Origin: an uncultured Bacilli bacterium | GTDB taxonomy: Bacteria; Bacillota_I; Bacilli_A; RFN20; CAG-826 | Reading direction: 5' to 3' | NCBI GenBank assembly: GCA_944363565.1 | Contig: CALVUI010000001.1 | Span: 408,075-472,074 of the forward strand | DNA length: 64,000 nt | Part shown: one piece after another, positions 36,331 through 46,139 of the stretch | Numbering within the stretch: the stretch's first letter is position 1 | Layout: every line of letters starts with the position of its first letter | Notes under the pieces: generated by a model | Database searches by the model: none | Seen by the model: only the letters and a program-made list of their open reading frames with translations | Told to the model about the DNA's origin: nothing | Position numbers and translations under genes: made by a program

Positions 36331-37085
36331 TTCCGGCGGTCCTCCTCGGCCATGTGGAGCAAACGGGCGCTAAGCAAACGTCCTTCGAGGAGGGCGGAAA
36401 GGAAGCACTGCCGATCCCCTTCGTAGAAGGCGGCCGAAACCGGGATGCTCCGGGCGATGACCTTGACCTTCGATACGCTTGGCAAGAAGCGGTCGTAGTA
36501 ATAAAGGGCGGCGTCGAGCCTTCCCTGGTCGTTGAGCAAATAGAGGGCCTCGGCGTCGAAATCGTAGAAACTCATCCCGTTTTTGCCGCGATAAACGGGG
36601 ACGAGGCGGGTAAAGAGGGAGGCATACAGCTCGGGCCCGTAGGTCTCGAAGGGGTCGAGCAGGAGGCCTTCGTAGTTTTTGAGCAGTCCGTCATAGGGCG
36701 GCTCGTCGAGCCGTCCCATCTCCTCGCGGTAGAGGCGGTTGACCGAACGGCTGAAGAAGGGGATGAAGATCTTCTCCTCCCCCTTTTGGAAGTAAGGCAA
36801 GGTCTTCTTGGTCTTTTCCAAATGGGCATAGAGGTCGAAGGAAGGATCCTTCTTCAGTTCGGAAAGGCCTTCCCGGTAGGAAGCCTCGAGCCTTCTTTTG
36901 GAAAAATAGGAACGGATGACGAGGTTGGCCCTCACCACCTCGAAGGTATTTTCCGGGGAAAGAAGGGCCTCGAAAGGTGGAAGGGATGCCAAAACCGCCG
37001 AATTGCTCCGGTAATAGCTCCACTCCTCCGAATCGTAGTAGTTGGTGGGCAGCTGGTAGCGGCGGCTGTACTCGTAGATGTTCAT
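36327..37085 (-). CDS. Hypothetical Tyr/Phe-rich cytoplasmic protein
   Basis: 252 aa, translationally coupled on both sides (4-nt overlaps), inserted between rsmE and mtaB. No recognisable motif. Confidence 0.45.
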   Translation of the reverse strand: MNIYEYSRRYQLPTNYYDSEEWSYYRSNSAVLASLPPFEALLSPENTFEVVRANLVIRSYFSKRRLEASYREGLSELKKDPSFDLYAHLEKTKKTLPYFQKGEEKIFIPFFSRSVNRLYREEMGRLDEPPYDGLLKNYEGLLLDPFETYGPELYASLFTRLVPVYRGKNGMSFYDFDAEALYLLNDQGRLDAALYYYDRFLPSVSKVKVIARSIPVSAAFYEGDRQCFLSALLEGRLLSARLLHMAEEDRRK

Positions 37086-37825
37086 CTTCCTTCGTAGAGG
37101 GCACTGAAGAGGGCCGCCCCGTATAAAGCGGCCGTCTCGGCCCTTAGTATCGAGGGTCCAAGCGACACCGGTCGGAAGTCTTTTTCAAGGGCTTGCTTGG
37201 CCTCGCTTCTTTCGAAGCCCCCTTCGGGGCCGATAACCAAAATCACCTTCGGATCCGTCTTCTCGACGCTTTCCAAGGCCTTGAGGAGGGTGTCGGGGGA
37301 ACCCAGAAGCCCTTCGTCGGCCAAAAGGCAGAGGTCATATCCTTCCGCCTCATCGAGGAGTTTGGAAAATGGAACCGCTTCCCTCACTTCCGGAACCCGG
37401 GTCCGGTGGCACTGCTCGATCGCCATCTCGACGATCTTTTCCATCCTCTCCTTCTTCTTTTTCTCTTCGCCTTTTTCGATAGAAGCGACGCTTCTTTTCG
37501 AAAAGAAAGGACGGAAGCAAGAAACCCCGAGTTCGGTCCCCTTTTGGAGGATGAGGTCATGATGGGAACCGCGGAGCAGGGAAAACGCCAGGGTCAGTTC
37601 GGCCCTCGGGCCTTCCTGCCCTTTGATTTCCTCCTCGATCAGGGCCACGAAGGGATCGGCCGAAACGATCTTGGATAGATACGCCTTTCCTTCGTAACTC
37701 CCTTCGATCAGGTCCCCGACCTTCCTGCGCCTGACGTCGAAATGGTGATGGGCCTTTTCCTCGTCGAAATAAAGGCGGTCCCCTTCCCTATTTTTGGCCA
37801 GGTACCTTTCCATCAGCGGAGCCAC
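37082..37825 (-). CDS. rsmE: 16S rRNA (uracil1498-N3)-methyltransferase RsmE
   Basis: PUA-like N-terminus and SPOUT knot motif VILVIGPEGGFERSE. Confidence 0.85.
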   Translation of the reverse strand: MAPLMERYLAKNREGDRLYFDEEKAHHHFDVRRRKVGDLIEGSYEGKAYLSKIVSADPFVALIEEEIKGQEGPRAELTLAFSLLRGSHHDLILQKGTELGVSCFRPFFSKRSVASIEKGEEKKKKERMEKIVEMAIEQCHRTRVPEVREAVPFSKLLDEAEGYDLCLLADEGLLGSPDTLLKALESVEKTDPKVILVIGPEGGFERSEAKQALEKDFRPVSLGPSILRAETAALYGAALFSALYEGR

Positions 37826-38247
37826 TCCCCGGAAGCGTCCTTATGGGAATGGGACAAGAGGTAACGGAGGGAACCAAGAGCCCCGATCACGAAGAAGACC
37901 CCCAAGACAATGACATAGCCCCAAAATGAAAGACTGGTCAGAAAATACAAAAGGGTCCCGAGGCCCGCGGTAAAAACAAGGACCGGAATCAGGACCATCA
38001 GGCCCTTCTTCCAAAAGCCGCGGTAGAAGAAATCAATGCCCAAAAATCCGAGGAAGAGGGCAAGGAAAAAGCAAAGGAGGCGCGACTTGCTATGGTAGAG
38101 GTCATAGCCTCCCTCAAGCGGATTGATGGAAGCGGTCATATCCATCGTCACGTAGTTTTCCTCGATCGGGGAGGTACCGCCGCAATAGGGGCAACGGTCC
38201 TTGTCGAAATTCGTGATACGGCGGCCGCAGTGACGGCAATTCGGCAT
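37813..38247 (-). CDS. Zinc-ribbon plus TM2-domain membrane protein
   Basis: N-terminal CxxC...CxxC (CRHCGRR...CPYCGG) and a TM2-type helix pair (LGFLGIDFFYRGFWKKG). Confidence 0.55.
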   Translation of the reverse strand: MPNCRHCGRRITNFDKDRCPYCGGTSPIEENYVTMDMTASINPLEGGYDLYHSKSRLLCFFLALFLGFLGIDFFYRGFWKKGLMVLIPVLVFTAGLGTLLYFLTSLSFWGYVIVLGVFFVIGALGSLRYLLSHSHKDASGEWLR

Positions 38248-38250
38248 GGT

Positions 38251-38712
38251 TTAGTAGGAAGTCCGGCCCTTTTTGCGGAGATAATCGCGATAGAGGACCA
38301 GGCATTCGCTCCGGTCGAGACAGTCCATGAGGGCGGCCTTCTTCTCGGGATCGGAGGACACCTCGTAGAAGCGCTCGTCCCTAAAGCCGATCTCGGCCGT
38401 ATCGACGATGTTGGCCCCGTAATAGACCTTCTCGATGTTGGCCCAGAGGATGGCCCCGAGGCACATCGGGCAGGGCTCCCCGGTCGTGTAGAGGGTGGAA
38501 CCGCTGAGATCGAAGCTCCCGACGTTCTTGCAGGCATCGCGGATGGCCTGCATTTCCCCGTGGCAGGTGGGGTCGGCGTTCTTGACGACCTGGTTATGGC
38601 CGCGGCCGATGATCTCCCCGTTCCTGACGATGACGGAACCGAAGGGTCCCCCTTCCCCGGCGTCGATGCCCTTGTAGGCTTCCTTCAAAGCCTCATACAT
38701 GAATTTGTCCAT
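38251..38712 (-). CDS. Nucleoside/guanine deaminase (CDA-fold, GuaD/TadA-like)
   Basis: GGPFGSVIV, HGEMQAIRDAC and PCPMCLGAI zinc-binding motifs. The C-terminal half resembles Bacillus GuaD rather than TadA. Confidence 0.6.
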   Translation of the reverse strand: MDKFMYEALKEAYKGIDAGEGGPFGSVIVRNGEIIGRGHNQVVKNADPTCHGEMQAIRDACKNVGSFDLSGSTLYTTGEPCPMCLGAILWANIEKVYYGANIVDTAEIGFRDERFYEVSSDPEKKAALMDCLDRSECLVLYRDYLRKKGRTSY

Positions 38713-39223
38713 GGTCGGATTCCTCCTTTTTCTTCAAAGCCAACAAGTGGTTGGCCAACAAGTCGAGATAATAGACGGCGCCCGGGATGAAGGCGGTGGC
38801 GGCCGGGATGATGAAGCCATCCCCCGGGATCAGATAGTAGCCTTCGGAGTTCGGCACTTCGAAGTGCGAGAAGAGAAAGAGCAAGGCCGAGAGGATCCCG
38901 AGCCCCGCGGTCACTTTCATGATGAGGCCGTAACGCTTCTTGGCGTTTTCGTCGACGGCGGCGCTCAAGGCCAGGAAGTAGCCGACGAAGGCCACAAGAT
39001 ACAAGATGACCGCGATCTTCGGGGTCACGAAGCCCGAGGCGGTATAGGGGGCTTCCGACCCGAAGGCCAGGAAAAGGGCCCGGTAGCCGTAGACCGCGCT
39101 TTGCCACTTATAGGCATCGAGGAGCAAGGCCCCGTTCCCGAAGAAAAAGGCAAAGGCCCCTAGGAACAGGCAAAGGGCCCCGAAGGCACTTAAGACGATC
39201 GGGCGGGCTACCTTTTTCTCCAT
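38693..39223 (-). CDS. Integral membrane protein of unknown function
   Basis: 176 aa with 5-6 TM helices. Overlaps the deaminase start by 20 nt. Confidence 0.45.
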   Translation of the reverse strand: MEKKVARPIVLSAFGALCLFLGAFAFFFGNGALLLDAYKWQSAVYGYRALFLAFGSEAPYTASGFVTPKIAVILYLVAFVGYFLALSAAVDENAKKRYGLIMKVTAGLGILSALLFLFSHFEVPNSEGYYLIPGDGFIIPAATAFIPGAVYYLDLLANHLLALKKKEESDHGQIHV

Positions 39224-39308
39224 ACATGGAATTATCCCCCAAAGGGGGAAAAGAAGGTAGATGGGAACTTCAAGGGAAAATTAACCTCGAATTCGCCCTT
39301 ACGGATAT

Positions 39309-39333
39309 GAAAAATGCCGGCATAACGCCGGCA
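39309..39333 (-). terminator. Rho-independent terminator of the dnaK operon
   Basis: TGCCGGC-ataac-GCCGGCA with a minus-strand TTTTTCAT, 22 nt after the dnaJ stop. Confidence 0.6.
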
Positions 39334-39354
39334 TCAAGCCTACCAAACGGTCGG

Positions 39355-40485
39355 TTATCGCTTGAAGAAACTCCCAAAGCCCTTCTTCTTGCTCCCTTCC
39401 TGGACCTGGAATTCCCTTAGAAGGGACTTCTGGGTCTCCGAGAGCTTGGTCGGGGTCCTGACCTTGACGTGGACGTAATGGTCCCCGGGTTTGTGGGTCC
39501 TGAGGTCGCTGACCCCCTGGCCCTTGAGCTTCAAGATGGCATCGGGCTGGGTCCCGGCCGGGACTTCGACGCTCATGACCCCGTTGACGGTCTCGCAGTC
39601 GGCCTTGCAGCCGAGGGCGCAGTCGACGAAGCTCAGTTCGATGGTGCTATGGATGTCGTTGCCTTCGCGGGTGAACTTGTCGCTAGAGGCGACGACGATC
39701 TCGACGTAGAGGTCGCCGTTGGGTCCGCCATTGCGGCCCCGTTCGCCCTTGCCGGAGATCCTCACCTGCTGACCGCTATTGATGCCTTGGGGAATCTTGA
39801 CCTCCAGGGTCTTGCGGATCCTTGTATAGCCCTTGCCCCCGCAGGCCGAGCAGGCCTTGCGGACGATCTTGCCGCTCCCCCCGCAGCGCGGGCAGGCGGC
39901 CTGGCTTTCCATGGTCCCGAAGATGGTCTGGGTCCTGGTCCTGACGGTCCCGGTCCCCCCGCATTCGGGACAGGTGACGTAGTCGTCCGGGGTCTCGGCC
40001 CCGGTCCCGTGGCAGCGGCTGCAGGGTTCCTCGTAGTCGACCGGGACATTGACGGTCGTCCCCTTGACGGCGTCCATGAAGGAGATGCGGACCCGGTAGA
40101 GGGTATCGTTGCCCTTTCTAGGCCCGGTGCTGGTTTGTCTCCGACGGCCCCCGGTTCCGAAGAAGGAATCGAAGATGTCGCCGAGGTCGACGTCCCCGAA
40201 GCCCTGGCCTCCGAAGTTGAAGCCCCCGGCGAAGGGATTGCCGGCCCCGCCCATCGAGGCTCCCTGTTCGAAGGCGGCCTGGCCGTACTGGTCGTAGATC
40301 TTCCGCTTGTTGTCGTCGTATAAGACGTCATAGGCTTCCTGGATCTCCTCGAATTTCTTCGCGGCGTCCGGGGCCTTGTTGAGGTCGGGATGGTATTGTT
40401 TGGCGAGCTTCCGATAAGCCGCCTTGATGTCGTCCTTCGTCGCCCCTTTGGAGAGGCCGAGGACTTCGTAGTAATCGCGTTTCAT
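39355..40485 (-). CDS. dnaJ: Chaperone DnaJ
   Basis: J-domain with HPD (YHPDLN), G/F-rich linker and four CxxCxGxG zinc-finger repeats. Confidence 0.95.
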   Translation of the reverse strand: MKRDYYEVLGLSKGATKDDIKAAYRKLAKQYHPDLNKAPDAAKKFEEIQEAYDVLYDDNKRKIYDQYGQAAFEQGASMGGAGNPFAGGFNFGGQGFGDVDLGDIFDSFFGTGGRRRQTSTGPRKGNDTLYRVRISFMDAVKGTTVNVPVDYEEPCSRCHGTGAETPDDYVTCPECGGTGTVRTRTQTIFGTMESQAACPRCGGSGKIVRKACSACGGKGYTRIRKTLEVKIPQGINSGQQVRISGKGERGRNGGPNGDLYVEIVVASSDKFTREGNDIHSTIELSFVDCALGCKADCETVNGVMSVEVPAGTQPDAILKLKGQGVSDLRTHKPGDHYVHVKVRTPTKLSETQKSLLREFQVQEGSKKKGFGSFFKR

Positions 40486-40531
40486 ATTCGCCTCCCCTTA
40501 ACCAAGGAGAGGGGGCTAGAGCCCCCTGTCC

Positions 40532-42367
40532 TTACTTTTTGTCGGTGAAGTCGGCGTCGACGACGTTGTCGTCTTGGCTATTCGAACCGGCATTGCTGGT
40601 CGGTCCTTCGGAAGCGGCTCCCGGATTGGCCTGGGCCTGCCGGGCCTTGGCTGCCATCGCGGCCGCGTCTTCGAGACGCCCGACGATCTCCCGGAGCTTT
40701 TCGATGTCTTCGCTAGCCAAAGCCGCATTGGCTTCGTCGCGGATCTTGGTGGCTTCCTCCTTGGCGGCAGGATCCATCTTGTCCCCGTTTTCGTTCAGGG
40801 TCCGGGTGATCTCGTCGACGTAGGTCTGGGCCTTGTTCTTGACTTCGATGTCGCCCTTGCGCTTCTCGTCGGCCACCTTGTTTTCCTCGGCTTCCCTGAT
40901 CATCCGGTCGATGTCGGTCTTGCTGAGGCCGTTGCTACCCGAGATGGTGATGTTTTGTTCCTTCTGGGTGTCGAGGTCCTTGGCCGAGACCTTGACGATG
41001 CCGTTGACGTCGATCGAGAAGGTGACCTCGATCCGGGGCTGGCCCTTGGGGGCCGGACGGATCCCGTCGAGGTTGAAGTGGCCAAGAAGCTTATTGTCGT
41101 GGGCCATCGGACGTTCGCCTTGGTAGACCGAGATGTCGACGGCCGGCTGGTTGTCGGCCGCGGTCGAGAAGACCTGGCTCTTGGTGGTCGGGATGGTGGT
41201 GTTGCGCGGGATGAGGACGGTCATGACGCCACCGAGGGTTTCGATCCCTAAGCTTAACGGGGTGACGTCGAGGAGCAAGACGTCCTTGACGTCGCCGGCG
41301 ATGACGGCGCCCTGGATGGCGGCCCCGATCGAGACGGCCTCGTCGGGGTTGACCGAGAGGTTGATCTCGTGGCCGCTGATCTTCTTGACGAATTCCTGGA
41401 CGGCCGGCATCCGGATGGAGCCGCCGATCATGAGGATGTCGCTGAGGTCATTGTAGCTGAGCTTGGCATCGCGCATGGCCGCTTCCATCGGGGCGCGGCA
41501 GCGTTCCAAGAGGTGTTTGGTCATGTCCTGGAACTTGGCGCGGGTCAACTTCCCTTCCCAGTTGATGGGGCCGTTGCTCCCCATCCCGATGAAGGGCAAA
41601 GAGATGGTGGTTTCAAGCGAGCTCGAGAGCTCGATCTTGGCCTTTTCGGCCGCGTCGAGGAAGCGTTGCTGGGCCATCTTGTCGGTGAGGCTGACCCCGG
41701 TCTCGGCCTTGATTTGGGCCGCGATCCAGTCGGCCAACACCTTGTCCCAGTCGTCGCCGCCGAGCTTGGTATCGCCGGAGGTCGAGAGGACTTCGAAGGT
41801 CCCGTCCCCGATATCGAGGATCGAGACGTCGAAGGTCCCGCCGCCGAGGTCGAAGACCAAGACCTTGCCGGCCTTCTTGCTTTCAAGCCCATAGGCCAAG
41901 CAGGAAGCGGTCGGTTCGTTGATGATCCGGACCACGTCGAGGCCGGCGATGGTGCCGGCGTCCTTGGTGGCCTGACGCTGGGCATCGTTGAAGTAGGCCG
42001 GGACGGTGATGACGGCCTTGTTGATCTTCTGCCCGAGGTTCTTCTCGGCGTAGTCCTTCATGTAGGCCAGGACCTTGGAACTGATTTCCTGGGGGGTGAA
42101 GTCCTTGTTCAGGCAATTGATGTGGAACTTGTCCCCGGTCCCGATGTGGCGCTTGGCGCTACGGACGGTGTCGGGGTTGGTGAGGGCCTGACGCTTGGCG
42201 GCATTGCCGACGATGGTTTCCCCGTCGGCCTTGAAGGCCACCACCGAGGGGGTGGTGTTGGTGCCTTCGGGGTTGGGGATGACCTTGACCTTGCCGTCGG
42301 CCTGCATGTATGAGATGACGGAGTTGGTGGTACCGAGGTCGATACCGACGATGATTTCCTTTGCCAT
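40532..42367 (-). CDS. dnaK: Chaperone DnaK (Hsp70)
   Basis: [16 protein letters not shown] and IVLVGGSTR-type Hsp70 signatures. 611 aa. Confidence 0.97.
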   Translation of the reverse strand: MAKEIIVGIDLGTTNSVISYMQADGKVKVIPNPEGTNTTPSVVAFKADGETIVGNAAKRQALTNPDTVRSAKRHIGTGDKFHINCLNKDFTPQEISSKVLAYMKDYAEKNLGQKINKAVITVPAYFNDAQRQATKDAGTIAGLDVVRIINEPTASCLAYGLESKKAGKVLVFDLGGGTFDVSILDIGDGTFEVLSTSGDTKLGGDDWDKVLADWIAAQIKAETGVSLTDKMAQQRFLDAAEKAKIELSSSLETTISLPFIGMGSNGPINWEGKLTRAKFQDMTKHLLERCRAPMEAAMRDAKLSYNDLSDILMIGGSIRMPAVQEFVKKISGHEINLSVNPDEAVSIGAAIQGAVIAGDVKDVLLLDVTPLSLGIETLGGVMTVLIPRNTTIPTTKSQVFSTAADNQPAVDISVYQGERPMAHDNKLLGHFNLDGIRPAPKGQPRIEVTFSIDVNGIVKVSAKDLDTQKEQNITISGSNGLSKTDIDRMIREAEENKVADEKRKGDIEVKNKAQTYVDEITRTLNENGDKMDPAAKEEATKIRDEANAALASEDIEKLREIVGRLEDAAAMAAKARQAQANPGAASEGPTSNAGSNSQDDNVVDADFTDKK

Positions 42368-42382
42368 AGTGATTTATTCTCC

Positions 42383-42982
42383 TTAAGCCTTGTGGGCTTG
42401 TTCGTCTTTGTTTTCTTGTTGGTGATCTTCTTTGGTTTCCGCCTTGAGGACGGTGGCGGTGACCATGACGGGTTTGACCAGGCGGTCCTTGAGTTGGTAC
42501 CCCTTGGCGTGGACCTTGGCGACCTTCCCCGGCGTCTCGCTCTCTTCTGTATCGAGGGCGTGCATGAAGCGGGGATCGAAGGGATCGCCGACCTTGGGCT
42601 CGATTTCCTTGAAGCCCTCGCTCTCTAGGGCCGAGACGATCTGGCGGTAGATGTAGGAGAAGCCGATCTTGTAGTTCTCGACTTCCGGCGAGGTGCTATT
42701 GGCCTGGAGGGCGCTATAGAAGGCATCGAGGGCCGGAATCAGTTCCTCAAGGAAGCCCTCGGCCCGGTATTTGATGGCGTTTTTCCCATCTTCCTCCAAG
42801 GATTTGCGGAGGTTTTGGGTATCGGCGTAAACCCGGTAGTACTCGTTCTTCCAATGGGCAACCGCGGCTTCGAGCTCTTCGATCTTGCGGAGGAGCTTTT
42901 CTTCCTTCCGCGATTTCTTTTCCTTTTTGTCTTCTACTTCGGCTCCGTTTTCTTGGAGCCCTTCTTTCTTTTCTTCTTCCAT
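42383..42982 (-). CDS. grpE: Nucleotide exchange factor GrpE
   Basis: Coiled-coil N-terminus and GrpE C-terminal beta domain (FDPRFMHAL...KGYQLKDRLVKPVMV). Confidence 0.9.
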   Translation of the reverse strand: MEEEKKEGLQENGAEVEDKKEKKSRKEEKLLRKIEELEAAVAHWKNEYYRVYADTQNLRKSLEEDGKNAIKYRAEGFLEELIPALDAFYSALQANSTSPEVENYKIGFSYIYRQIVSALESEGFKEIEPKVGDPFDPRFMHALDTEESETPGKVAKVHAKGYQLKDRLVKPVMVTATVLKAETKEDHQQENKDEQAHKA

Positions 42983-43998
42983 CAGTTACCTCCTTTGCCG
43001 AAGTATTCGTCGATGGCCTGGGCCATGTATTTGAGGATGGCGCTGATCCTCGCGTAATCCATCCGTTTGGGTCCGAGGACCGAGATCGAGGCCCCGGAGT
43101 TCCCGGGGATGTTGACCTCCTTGGAGACGATGGCGAGGTCTTCGAGGCCCTCCTTTTCGTCCCCGAGGCTCACCTGGACCCCATCGACGTCGGTCCCCTT
43201 CTCGAGGACGCCCCTGAGGGCTTCCGGATCATCGAGGAAGGAGATCAGACGCTTCATCTTGTCGGCGTCATGGCTGAATTCGGGCTGGTCGATGAGGGCC
43301 TTCTTGCCGTAGAGGGACATCCTCTCGCCCGCGAACTTCACGAAGGCCTCGAGGACGGCGCTGTAGATGGCGTCGTTTCCGATGAGGTAGTTCTGAAGGA
43401 CGGGGCGGAGGGCCTCCATCTTCTCGGGGATCTCCCCGACGGGAGTCCCGGAGAGGCGGGAGCTAAGGAGCGAGACCCCTTTGACGAGGTCCTCGGCCTT
43501 GACTCCTTCCGGCAAAACGAAGGTCTTGTTTTCGACATAGCCCGTATCGGTGACGAAGAGGCAGGTCGCGGTCTTGGAGGCGATGGGGACGGCTTGGACC
43601 GAGACCAGGCGCTCTTCCTCGGCTTTGCTGCCGAGGACGGCGGAGGCTAGGTTGGTGAGGTCGCTGAGGATCTCGCAGCTTCTTTCCATCACTTCCTCGA
43701 CCGACTTCGTCTTCTCGTCGAGGATCTTGGCCACGGCGAAGCGCACTTCCTCTTCGACCGAGGAGGTCTTGAGGTTTTCCATGTAATAGCGGTAGCCCTT
43801 GGCCGTCGGTACCCTACCGGCCGCCGTATGCGGCTTTTCGATGTAACCGGCCTTTTCCAGATCGGCCATGCAGTTTCTCACCGTGGCCGAAGAACAGTCG
43901 AGGCCGTTCTCCTCGACCAGGACCTTGCTACCGACCGGAACCCCGGTCGCGACGTAGCGTTCCACTATCATTTTCAATATCGTGTCTTCGCGGGTCAT
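42982..43998 (-). CDS. hrcA: Heat-inducible transcription repressor HrcA
   Basis: MTREDTILKMIVERYVATGVPVGSKVL winged-helix N-terminus. The ORF track starts 5 codons earlier at GTG 44013. Confidence 0.9.
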   Translation of the reverse strand: MTREDTILKMIVERYVATGVPVGSKVLVEENGLDCSSATVRNCMADLEKAGYIEKPHTAAGRVPTAKGYRYYMENLKTSSVEEEVRFAVAKILDEKTKSVEEVMERSCEILSDLTNLASAVLGSKAEEERLVSVQAVPIASKTATCLFVTDTGYVENKTFVLPEGVKAEDLVKGVSLLSSRLSGTPVGEIPEKMEALRPVLQNYLIGNDAIYSAVLEAFVKFAGERMSLYGKKALIDQPEFSHDADKMKRLISFLDDPEALRGVLEKGTDVDGVQVSLGDEKEGLEDLAIVSKEVNIPGNSGASISVLGPKRMDYARISAILKYMAQAIDEYFGKGGN

Positions 43999-44043
43999 AG
44001 GCTTAATTGGCACTCGGTCTTCCCAAATGCCAAGCGTATTATG

Positions 44044-44070
44044 GGCATCCTCTTTAGCACTGTCAATATC
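44044..44070. promoter_or_regulatory. CIRCE operator (HrcA binding site)
   Basis: TTAGCACTG-tcaatatca-GAGTGCTAA, versus the consensus TTAGCACTC-N9-GAGTGCTAA. Confidence 0.85.
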
Positions 44071-44084
44071 AGAGTGCTAATAAT

Positions 44085-44113
44085 TCGAAAGAAAACTATA
44101 TCCGCGCTATTTT
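44085..44113 (-). promoter_or_regulatory. Sigma-A-type promoter of the hrcA-grpE-dnaK-dnaJ operon
   Basis: Minus strand TTAACG (-35), 17 nt spacer, TATAGT (-10). CIRCE begins about 14 nt downstream. Confidence 0.45.
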
Positions 44114-44173
44114 CTTCCGTTAATGGGGGCGAAAACGGATCCCCTATCCCTCTTTCACGAAGGTCCGGGCATC

Positions 44174-44198
44174 AAAAAGCCCGGCCAATTTGCCGGGC
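44174..44198 (-). terminator. Rho-independent terminator downstream of the RDD-family gene
   Basis: GCCCGGC-caattt-GCCGGGC with a minus-strand TTTTTGAT. Confidence 0.55.
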
Positions 44199-44228
44199 TA
44201 TTAATCGCTGTAGACTGGGTCTTCTGCC

Positions 44229-44645
44229 CTATCTCCGGCGCTTGTCGATGACCAGGGTGTCGCTCAGGCGGTCGAAGATCGAGCGTTGGCTATGGACGGC
44301 CAGCATGTAGACGGCATTGGCGAGGACCGCCGGGAGGAGGCCCTTGGTCACGGCCCTGATGAAGGCGTCGCGGAGGGTGAAGGGCGAACCGTCGCTATGG
44401 ATGGCCTTGATGCCGGCCACCATGAAACCGAAGGTCATGCCGCCGCTGAGGGCGCTCACGAGCGTACATAGGAAGACATAAACCAAATAGGCGAAGACGC
44501 AGGAAAGGACGGCGATGAGGAAGATCGATTCGCCGAGGACTTCGAAGTGGTACATCAAAATGGCGATCCCGACCCCGAAGAGGCAAGCCAAAACCTCATC
44601 GAAGAGGTAGGCCAGTAGACGTTTTTCGTAGCGTGCGATTCCCAT
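44229..44645 (-). CDS. RDD-family membrane protein
   Basis: 138 aa with three TM helices. N-terminal R...LAYLFD and C-terminal SIFDRLSDTLVI match the RDD pattern. Confidence 0.55.
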   Translation of the reverse strand: MGIARYEKRLLAYLFDEVLACLFGVGIAILMYHFEVLGESIFLIAVLSCVFAYLVYVFLCTLVSALSGGMTFGFMVAGIKAIHSDGSPFTLRDAFIRAVTKGLLPAVLANAVYMLAVHSQRSIFDRLSDTLVIDKRRR

Positions 44646-44650
44646 CTTTT

Positions 44651-45745
44651 TCAGTATAGCGCAACTAGGACCCTATCAAGGAGCATTATTCCGCGGTCGG
44701 TGCAAGAAACCCGGCCATTCTCCCCCACCTCCAAAAGCCCCTCCTCCACGAGCTTGGGATACTTTTCCTTATATCGGTCAAGGAAGGAAAAGCCAAAACG
44801 GGTGGCGAAGTCCCCGAGGGCAAAGCCTTTGGCCAAACGGAGGTTGGTGAGGAAGTAGTATTCGAGTTTGTCTTGTAGGCTCGGTTCTTCCTCATAGACC
44901 GGCTCGGGGCCATGGGAAAGATAGGAGGTCAGGCTCTTGGTGTTCTGATAATGCCTTCCCCCGAGGTAGCCGGCCGCCCCGATCCCGACCCCGACGTAGG
45001 GTAGGTCCTGCCAATAGACGAGGTTGTGCCGGCTCTCAAAACCGGGCCAGGCGAAATTGCTGACCTCGTACCTTTGATAACCGGCTTGTCGAAGGGTTGA
45101 AAGGAGTTCTTCGTAAAAGGCCGCCGAGGCATCGCCGGAGGGCTCCTCATATCCTTTGTTATAAAAAGAGGTATGGGGAGAGACGGTGAGGGAATAACTC
45201 GATAGATGGGGGACCTTGAAGGAAAGAAGGGTCTTGATGTCGGATTGTAGTTCCTCCATCGTCTCCCCCGGGAGGCCGTAAATTATGTCCAAATTCAAAT
45301 TATCGATCCCGGCTTTCCTCAGGGCCGAGACGGCTTTGAAGACGTCGTCTCCGGTGTGGTGTCTGCCCATCAACTTCAATAGACGCGGGCTGAAGGACTC
45401 GACCCCGAGGGAGACGCGGTTGACCCCATAAGCGGCATAAAAGTGGGCCTTTTCCTCATCGATCGACTCGGGATTGCCTTCGAAGGTGAACTCCCCACCC
45501 TTCTCGAGCATTGGGGCGAGGACGTCCAAAAGGGTCTTCGTTTGTCGAAGATTCAAAACGCTCGGGGTTCCACCCCCGACGTAGATGGTCTTGTAGGGAC
45601 CCTTTCCATAGGAGGCGATTTCGTTAAAAAGAACCGCGAGGTAGCGGTCCGCATAATCCTCGCGGTAATAGCCCTTCACGAAGTCGCAGTAGCCGCAGAG
45701 GGTCTGGCAGAAGGGGATATGGACGTAGAGGGACGAGGAGCCGAT
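44651..45745 (-). CDS. hemW: Radical-SAM heme chaperone HemW (HemN-like). 5' end extended beyond the listed GTG to include the Cys motif.
   Basis: The listed ORF (from GTG 45679) lacks the radical-SAM motif. The same frame continues upstream as SLYVHIPFCQTLCGYCDF, with no canonical start. The candidate start is ATC at 45745 with GAGGAG 7 nt upstream. Confidence 0.7.
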   Translation of the reverse strand: MGSSSLYVHIPFCQTLCGYCDFVKGYYREDYADRYLAVLFNEIASYGKGPYKTIYVGGGTPSVLNLRQTKTLLDVLAPMLEKGGEFTFEGNPESIDEEKAHFYAAYGVNRVSLGVESFSPRLLKLMGRHHTGDDVFKAVSALRKAGIDNLNLDIIYGLPGETMEELQSDIKTLLSFKVPHLSSYSLTVSPHTSFYNKGYEEPSGDASAAFYEELLSTLRQAGYQRYEVSNFAWPGFESRHNLVYWQDLPYVGVGIGAAGYLGGRHYQNTKSLTSYLSHGPEPVYEEEPSLQDKLEYYFLTNLRLAKGFALGDFATRFGFSFLDRYKEKYPKLVEEGLLEVGENGRVSCTDRGIMLLDRVLVALY

Positions 45746-45746
45746 C

Positions 45747-46139
45747 TCACTTCTCCTCTTCTTTATGGCTTTCGTCGTATTCTTCCATGGCCTGGATCGT
45801 CTTTTCGTCCTCGACGGGTTCGAGGATCCGCGCCATGTTTTCGGCCGCCGCCTCTTCCGGGGTCGGCGGGACTTCCTTCTTGCTTTGCTTGTTCATCTCC
45901 TTGGCGTAGGTTTCCATTTCCTTCTTGGTCCCCTCGTCATCGACGTCGACCAGGAGGCGGTTGAGTTCTTCCTCGGCGATTTCCTTGTCGCTTTTGGGCT
46001 TTTCGGTGTTCTGGAAGGGCTTGACGTACTTCTTGACCAGGATGACGGCGGCGACGATGACGCCGAAGATGAGCAAGAGTCCGACGATGATGACGGCCGG
46101 GTTGCTCCAGAAGGCGGCGGAAAGGGTGAAGATGTTCAT
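45747..46139 (-). CDS. Small N-terminally membrane-anchored acidic protein
   Basis: 130 aa with one N-terminal TM helix, then a K/E-rich coiled region. Coupled to both neighbours by 4-nt overlaps. Confidence 0.45.
   Translation of the reverse strand: MNIFTLSAAFWSNPAVIIVGLLLIFGVIVAAVILVKKYVKPFQNTEKPKSDKEIAEEELNRLLVDVDDEGTKKEMETYAKEMNKQSKKEVPPTPEEAAAENMARILEPVEDEKTIQAMEEYDESHKEEEK

Noticed and set aside
44007-44033. Inverted repeat TTGGCA-N15-TGCCAA near the hrcA start, considered as a sigma-54 (-24/-12) promoter or a second operator
   Set aside because: It lacks the GC-N-TTGC -12 element in the correct spacing and overlaps the hrcA 5' coding/UTR region. It is probably fortuitous; CIRCE and the sigma-A promoter upstream already explain regulation.
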